Part shown: piece by piece, positions 50,912-55,996 of the stretch
Numbering within the stretch: the stretch's first letter is position 1
How the letters are laid out: each line of letters begins with the position of its first letter
DNA from: Candidatus Methylomirabilia bacterium
Lineage (GTDB): Bacteria; Methylomirabilota; Methylomirabilia; Rokubacteriales; CSP1-6
DNA: 55,996 nucleotides
Assembly (NCBI GenBank): GCA_041497895.1
Contig: JBGQHJ010000013.1
Coordinates: 1 to 55,996 of the forward strand
Direction of reading: 5' to 3'
The notes under the pieces: model-generated
Database searches by the model: none
Told to the model about the DNA's origin: nothing
Seen by the model: the letters and a program-made list of their open reading frames with translations, nothing else
Translations under genes and position numbers: made by a program

Positions 50912-50991
50912 CGGTTTACTTCTTCAGGCTCTTCATCTGCGGGGGGCCCAGACATGGCCCCCGCACTCCCCCCGGATCGGCGGACAACCGT
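50912..50991 (-). repeat. Dispersed ~80-bp palindromic repeat, copy 2 (inverted relative to 22739-22816)
   Basis: Reverse complement ACGGTTGTCCGC..GGGGGGAGTGCGGGGGCCATGTCTGGGCCCCCCGCAGATGAAGAGCCTGAAGAAGTAAACCG; flanked by GCAGACGG/CCGTCTGC. Confidence 0.85.
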
Positions 50992-51081
50992 CTGCTTCCC
51001 GCGGTCGCGCGTAGGCCTTTTGGCCTGTATTTCGGCATTTTTGCTGGCAATGCGGCAGGCCCTCACGTACCATCGTCTGAT

Positions 51082-51864
51082 ATGACGGCGAAGGCCGGGG
51101 CTGGGGTGTCGGTGGCGGAGTTGTCGACGCTTCCGGAGGACGACCTCAGGCGTCGGGTCATGGCGCACGCGGTGCCCCGCCACGTCGCGATCATCATGGA
51201 CGGCAACGGCCGGTGGGCCACCAGCCGTGGCCTCCCGCGCGTCGCCGGACACGGCGAGGGCGTGAAGGCGGTGCGGGGCATCGTCCGCACCGCGGGAGAG
51301 CTCGGCATCGAGTTCCTCACCCTCTACGCGTTCTCGTCCGAGAACTGGCAGCGCCCGCACCAGGAAGTCTCCACCCTGATGGCCCTCCTCGAGCGCTCCA
51401 TCGAGCGCGAGCTGCCGGAGCTGATGGAGCGCAACGTGCGCTTCCGCGTGATCGGCCGGCCCGAGGGCGTGCCCCCGCGGGTGGGGGAGCGGATCCGGCG
51501 TCTCATCGACACCACCGCGCGCAACACCGGGCTCACCCTGCTCATGGCCTTCAACTACGGCGGGCGTGACGAGCTGGTGGACGCGGTGCGGACCCTCGCC
51601 CGTGAAGTCCAGCGGGGCGCGCTCCGGCCCGAGGACATCGACGAGGTCCGCGTGTCGCGCGCGCTCTACACCGACGGGGTGCCGGACCCGGATCTCCTGA
51701 TCCGCACCAGCGGCGAGCTGCGCCTCTCGAACTTCCTCCTGTGGCAGGTGGCCTACACCGAGCTGTGGATGACCTCCACGCTCTGGCCGGACTTCGGGGC
51801 GCGCGAGTTCTGCCTCGCGGTGGCCGACTTCCAGCAGCGGGATCGCCGCTTCGGGAGGGTCTGA
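51082..51864 (+). CDS. uppS: Undecaprenyl diphosphate synthase (isoprenyl transferase)
   Basis: HVAIIMDGNGRWA, YAFSSENW.RP, NYGGR, LIRTSGE.RLSNFLLWQ. Confidence 0.97.
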   Translation: MTAKAGAGVSVAELSTLPEDDLRRRVMAHAVPRHVAIIMDGNGRWATSRGLPRVAGHGEGVKAVRGIVRTAGELGIEFLTLYAFSSENWQRPHQEVSTLMALLERSIERELPELMERNVRFRVIGRPEGVPPRVGERIRRLIDTTARNTGLTLLMAFNYGGRDELVDAVRTLAREVQRGALRPEDIDEVRVSRALYTDGVPDPDLLIRTSGELRLSNFLLWQVAYTELWMTSTLWPDFGAREFCLAVADFQQRDRRFGRV

Positions 51865-52736
51865 TGTCTCAGGCCCAGGGCGTTCACCTCCCGCGTCCGG
51901 TCGAGGCGGCCGGCTCCTCCCGCCTGGCCGCCCTGATGCGGCGGCTGCTCAGCACGCTGGTCCTCCTCCCCCTCTTCGTGTGGATGGTCGTCGAGGGGCC
52001 GATGTGGCTCTTCGGCACGGTCATGGTGCTGGTGGGCGCGCTCGGGCAGTGGGAGTTCACCGGCATGTTCGAGCGCGCCGGGGTCCGGACGTTCCGGGTG
52101 ATCGGGCTGCTCGGGGGCGCGGTCCTGACCGCGAGCTTCGCGCTGCCGGTCTCCGAGCGCGTGACGTTCACCGCGGTCCTGCTCGCGATCCTCGGGGTCG
52201 GGCTGCTGCGGGGCGAGACCGCCGGTCGCGCCGCGTGGGAGCCGGTGGTGGTCACCCTCTGCGGAGTGTGCTACGTGAACTGGCTGCTCGGCTACGCCTT
52301 CTGGCTGCGGGATCTCGAGTACGGCGTGGAGTGGATCCTGCTCCTGGTCTCGGTCACCTGGCTGGGCGAGACCGCGGCCTACCTGGTGGGCTCGACGCTC
52401 GGCCGGCACAAGCTGGCCCCGTCCATCAGCCCGCGCAAGACGGTGGAGGGCGCGGTGGCCCAGCTCGCGGTCTCGGTGCTCGCCGCGCTGGGCGCGCGCG
52501 CGTGGTTCTTCCCGGTGCTGTCGGTGCGGAGCGCGATCGTGGTCGGGCTGCTCCTGGGCGTGGCGGGCCAGGCCGGCGATCTCATGGAGTCCGCGATCAA
52601 GCGCAGTGTCGACACCAAGGACACCGGGCGGCTCATCCCCGGCCACGGCGGCATGCTCGATCGCATCGACAGCCTGCTCGTCAACACCCCCGTGCTGTTC
52701 TACTACGCAACCTACGGGAGGTCTCTCGGGGCATGA
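51864..52736 (+). CDS. cdsA: Phosphatidate cytidylyltransferase
   Basis: SP.KT.EG, GDL.ES.IKR...KD.G..IPGHGG.LDRIDS. Confidence 0.95.
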   Translation: MSQAQGVHLPRPVEAAGSSRLAALMRRLLSTLVLLPLFVWMVVEGPMWLFGTVMVLVGALGQWEFTGMFERAGVRTFRVIGLLGGAVLTASFALPVSERVTFTAVLLAILGVGLLRGETAGRAAWEPVVVTLCGVCYVNWLLGYAFWLRDLEYGVEWILLLVSVTWLGETAAYLVGSTLGRHKLAPSISPRKTVEGAVAQLAVSVLAALGARAWFFPVLSVRSAIVVGLLLGVAGQAGDLMESAIKRSVDTKDTGRLIPGHGGMLDRIDSLLVNTPVLFYYATYGRSLGA

Positions 52737-53908
52737 AGCGGCTGACCGTGCTGGGTGTCACCGGCTCCGTCGGGCGGCGCACGCTGGAGCTGGTCGAGCA
52801 TTTCCCGGAGGAGTTCCGGGTCGAGGGCATGGCGGCCCGCGGCTCCAACCCCGAGCTGGTCGCGGAGCTCTGCCGGCGCCACCGGCCCCGGGCGCTCGCG
52901 CTGTCGGATCCGAGCGCGCTGGACGCGGTGGCGCGCGCGCTCGCCGCGCCGCGCCCCGAGCTGCTGGCGGGTCCGGAAGGGCTCGTCACGCTCGCCCGGC
53001 AGGTCGAGGCCGACGTGGTGCTCTCCGCCATCGTGGGCGGCGCCGGGCTGCTGCCGACCATGGCCGCGATCCAGAGCGGCAAGAACATCGCGCTCGCCAA
53101 CAAGGAGACGCTGGTGATGGCGGGCAGCCTGATGACCGCGGCGGCCCGGGAGCGCGGGGTCGCGCTCCTTCCGGTCGACTCCGAGCACAGCGCGGTCTTT
53201 CAATGCCTCGAGGGCCACAACCGGAGCGAGGTGCGCCGCATCCTGCTCACCGCCTCCGGCGGTCCGTTCCGGACCATGAAGGCGGCGGACCTCGCCCGGG
53301 TGACGGTGGAGCAGGCGCTCAACCACCCGACCTGGCGGATGGGCGCCAAGATCACGGTGGACTCGGCCACCCTCATGAACAAGGGGCTCGAGGTCATCGA
53401 GGCGCGCTGGCTGTTCGACGTGCCGCCCGAGAAGGTGCAGGTGGTGGTGCATCCGCAGTCGGTGGTGCACTCGCTGGTCGAGTACGTGGACGGCTCGGTC
53501 ATCGCCCAGCTCGGCGTGCCCGACATGGGCATCCCGATCCTCTACGCGCTCACGTACCCGCAACGGCTGCCCTGCCCGGCCGAGCGCCTCGACCTCACCC
53601 GGGTCGGCGCGCTCACCTTCGAGGAGCCGGACGTTCTACGGTTCCCGTGCCTGGCCCTCGCGCGGCAGGCCCTGCTCGAGGGCGGCTGCGCCGCGGTCAT
53701 CCTCAACGCGGCCAACGAGGTCGCGGTGGCCGCGTTCCTCGAGGGCCGGATCCGCTTCACCCAGATCCCGGAGCTCATCGCCGAGGCCCTGTCGCGGGTG
53801 CCCGCCCGGGCCCTCGACGGCATCGACACGTGCGTGGACGTCGACACCCGGACGCGGGCGACGGTGCGGGAGTGGCTTCCCGGCGGCGTCGTCGCGGCGG
53901 TGAGATAG
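52733..53908 (+). CDS. dxr: 1-deoxy-D-xylulose 5-phosphate reductoisomerase
   Basis: LG.TGS.G, ANKE.LV, PVDSEHSA, HPTW.MG.KITVDSATLMNKGLE. Confidence 0.97.
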   Translation: MKRLTVLGVTGSVGRRTLELVEHFPEEFRVEGMAARGSNPELVAELCRRHRPRALALSDPSALDAVARALAAPRPELLAGPEGLVTLARQVEADVVLSAIVGGAGLLPTMAAIQSGKNIALANKETLVMAGSLMTAAARERGVALLPVDSEHSAVFQCLEGHNRSEVRRILLTASGGPFRTMKAADLARVTVEQALNHPTWRMGAKITVDSATLMNKGLEVIEARWLFDVPPEKVQVVVHPQSVVHSLVEYVDGSVIAQLGVPDMGIPILYALTYPQRLPCPAERLDLTRVGALTFEEPDVLRFPCLALARQALLEGGCAAVILNAANEVAVAAFLEGRIRFTQIPELIAEALSRVPARALDGIDTCVDVDTRTRATVREWLPGGVVAAVR

Positions 53909-53919
53909 CGGAGGCGCCG

Positions 53920-55278
53920 GTGGCGACGGTACAGATGCTGGTCTCGTTCGTGGTCGTGCTGGGAATCCTGATCGTCGTCCACGAGCTCGGGCACTTCCTG
54001 ATGGCCCGCCTCGCCGGGGTCGGGGTCGAGCGCTTCTCGATCGGCTTCGGCCCGGTGCTCTGGCGCTTCCGAGGAAAAGAGACCGAGTACTGCGTGTCCG
54101 CGATCCCGATGGGCGGCTACGTGAAGATGATGGGGGACGACGAGAACCCCCTCGAGGGCGGCAAGGGCGCGACCATCGATCCGGCCAAGGCCTTCAACGG
54201 CAAGCCGCTCGCGGCGCGCTTCCTCATCGTGTTCGCGGGGCCGGCGATGAACTTCGTGCTGGCCGCGCTGATCGCCGGGCTCATGTTCATGCTGGTCGGC
54301 CGGCCGGTGGCGCCCACGCTGGTCGGTCGGGTCGCCGAGGGCAGCCCGGCCGCGCAGGCCGGCCTCGCCACCGGCGAGCGCATCGTGGCGATCGACGCCA
54401 AGCCGGTCTCGTACTGGGAAGACCTCGTCCGCGTCGTGCAGGCCGCGCGCGGGCGCCCGCTGCAGGTCGCGGTGCAGGGGCCGGCGGGCGAGCGGACCGT
54501 CACCCTCACTCCCACGCAGACCAAACGCAAGGACCTCTTCGGCGACGAGCAGAGCGTGTGGGAGATCGGGGCGAGCCCCTACATCCCCGCCGTCATCGGC
54601 GACACGGTGTCCGGCGATCCGGCCGAGCAGGCCGGGCTCAAGCCGGGCGACATGGTGGTGGCCCTCGAGGGGCAGCCGGTCCTCTCCTGGGACGAGCTCG
54701 CGGAGCGCATCCACCAGCGGGCGGGACAGCCCACCCGGCTCGAGGTCAAGCGCGGCACCGAGACACTCGCGATCACGGTGACCCCGAAGAAGGGCAAGGT
54801 CCCGGGGCCGGACGGCAAGGAGACCGAGGTCGGGCTCGTGGGCATCCGGCCCGGCGGCTCGGTGACCATGGTGCGGTCGAACCCGATCTCCGCGCTGTGG
54901 GAGGGGGTCGCGTGGTCGGGCGACGTCACCATGAAGACCGCGATCGGGCTCTACAAGATCGTGGTGGGCCAGCTCGACCGGAGCAACATCGGCGGCCCGA
55001 TCCAGATCGCGAAGACGGCGGGGGAGCAGGCGCGGCAGGGCATCGTGAGCCTCGCCCTCTTCACCGCGGTGATCAGCATCAACCTGTTCCTGCTCAACCT
55101 GCTCCCGGTGCCCATGCTCGACGGCGGCCACCTGCTCTTCTTCGCCTTCGAGGCGGTGCTGGGCCGGCCGCTGTCGGTCCGCAAGCGGGAAGTCGCGCAG
55201 CAGGTCGGCTTCGCCCTGCTCATGCTGCTCATGGTGTTCGCCTTCTACAACGACTTCAAACGGATCGGACTCTTCTGA
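53920..55278 (+). CDS. rseP: RIP metalloprotease RseP with two PDZ domains
   Basis: HELGH, AGP.MN, two PDZ repeats, NLLPVPMLDGG. Confidence 0.96.
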   Translation: MATVQMLVSFVVVLGILIVVHELGHFLMARLAGVGVERFSIGFGPVLWRFRGKETEYCVSAIPMGGYVKMMGDDENPLEGGKGATIDPAKAFNGKPLAARFLIVFAGPAMNFVLAALIAGLMFMLVGRPVAPTLVGRVAEGSPAAQAGLATGERIVAIDAKPVSYWEDLVRVVQAARGRPLQVAVQGPAGERTVTLTPTQTKRKDLFGDEQSVWEIGASPYIPAVIGDTVSGDPAEQAGLKPGDMVVALEGQPVLSWDELAERIHQRAGQPTRLEVKRGTETLAITVTPKKGKVPGPDGKETEVGLVGIRPGGSVTMVRSNPISALWEGVAWSGDVTMKTAIGLYKIVVGQLDRSNIGGPIQIAKTAGEQARQGIVSLALFTAVISINLFLLNLLPVPMLDGGHLLFFAFEAVLGRPLSVRKREVAQQVGFALLMLLMVFAFYNDFKRIGLF

Positions 55279-55601
55279 TGGGACAGTACGAGCGGCACGT
55301 CTTCGTGTGCACGGCGGGCGATACCTGCCCCGCCCAGGGTGACGTCGAGAAGTACGTCAAGACGCTGAGGGCGGGAGTGGTCACCGCCGGCCGCCACGCC
55401 CTAGTCCGGGTCAACAAGGCGGGCTGCTTCTCGCAGTGCGGGCACGGCCCCATGATCGTGGTCTACCCCGAGAACGTCTGGTACGCGGTCGTCCAGGAGG
55501 GCGACCTGCCCGAGATCCTCGAGTCGCACATCCTGAACGGGGTGCCGGTCAAGCGCCTGATCTACGATCCGGGCGTCAAGGGCGCCAACAAGGTCAAGTA
55601 G
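55278..55601 (+). CDS. Thioredoxin-like [2Fe-2S] ferredoxin
   Basis: HVFVC.....C and GCFSQC..GP..VVYPE.VWY; TGATG coupling. Confidence 0.85.
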   Translation: MGQYERHVFVCTAGDTCPAQGDVEKYVKTLRAGVVTAGRHALVRVNKAGCFSQCGHGPMIVVYPENVWYAVVQEGDLPEILESHILNGVPVKRLIYDPGVKGANKVK

Positions 55602-55996
55602 TGCGCTGGACCCGGTCGCTGATCCCCACTCTCCGGGACGATCCCGCCGACGCGGAAGCGATCAGCCACAAGCTCATGGTGCGAGCCGGGCTCGTCCGCC
55701 AGCTCGCGGCCGGCATCTACGTCTACCTCCCGCTCGGGCTGCGCGTGATCGAGAAGGTCAACGCGATCATCCGCGAGGAGATGAACGGCATCGGCGGGCA
55801 GGAGATCGAGATGCCGGTTCTGCACCCCGCCGAGATCTGGCAGCAGTCGGGGCGCTGGGACGTGATCGGCGGCGAGATGTTCCGGCTGAAGGACCGCAAC
55901 GGGCGCGACATGTGCCTCGGCATGACCCACGAGGAGGTCATCGCCTGGCTGGCCGCGCACGAGATCCGCTCCTACCGCGACCTGCCCCAGATCTGG
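55601..55996 (+). CDS. proS: Proline--tRNA ligase (5' part, runs off the window)
   Basis: Manual translation from [55 protein letters not shown]. Confidence 0.95.
   Translation, partial: MRWTRSLIPTLRDDPADAEAISHKLMVRAGLVRQLAAGIYVYLPLGLRVIEKVNAIIREEMNGIGGQEIEMPVLHPAEIWQQSGRWDVIGGEMFRLKDRNGRDMCLGMTHEEVIAWLAAHEIRSYRDLPQIW

Noticed and set aside
55562..55960. Minus-strand 132-aa ORF at the right end
   Set aside because: Antisense shadow of proS, which the track omits because it has no stop inside the window.

Overview
A very GC-rich (roughly 70% by eye) bacterial chromosome segment. Gene style and the GGGGG-rich intergenic palindromes suggest Candidatus Rokubacteria/Methylomirabilota, but that is an unverified inference. 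Left to right: an orphan zinc anti-sigma gene; a GLT1D1/SenB-like GT4 glycosyltransferase; a MoxR-DUF58-vWA-TPR operon; an 81-aa glutaredoxin with an in-frame TGA (U-G-P-C) and a SECIS-like hairpin that the ORF track misses; a sigma54-type pilin; a GalT-like protein; a full isc operon; an antisense DsrE/F/H-like trio; a second cysteine desulfurase with an IscU-like protein and cysE; dinB; an 11-gene acyl-CoA catabolic operon led by two ferritin-like genes; an RpoD-like sigma factor; yceI; malic enzyme; a GT2/GT-C glycosylation cluster; nth; and the housekeeping run rplM-rpsI-argC-argJ-rpsB-tsf-pyrH-frr-uppS-cdsA-dxr-rseP-ferredoxin-proS (truncated). Best candidates for undescribed biology: (1) a split Fe-S/sulfur-relay locus in which the isc-operon IscS has lost its PLP lysine and PLP-stacking histidine, while the intact desulfurase downstream is paired with an IscU-like protein lacking its third cysteine; (2) the hidden selenoprotein; (3) a diiron-pair, biotin-carboxylase and cyclohexanecarboxylate-type catabolic operon with no BadI; (4) a GalT homologue with Tyr in place of the nucleophilic His. 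No rRNA, tRNA, CRISPR array, integrase or transposase was recognised. All family calls come from motif recognition; no database searches were run.
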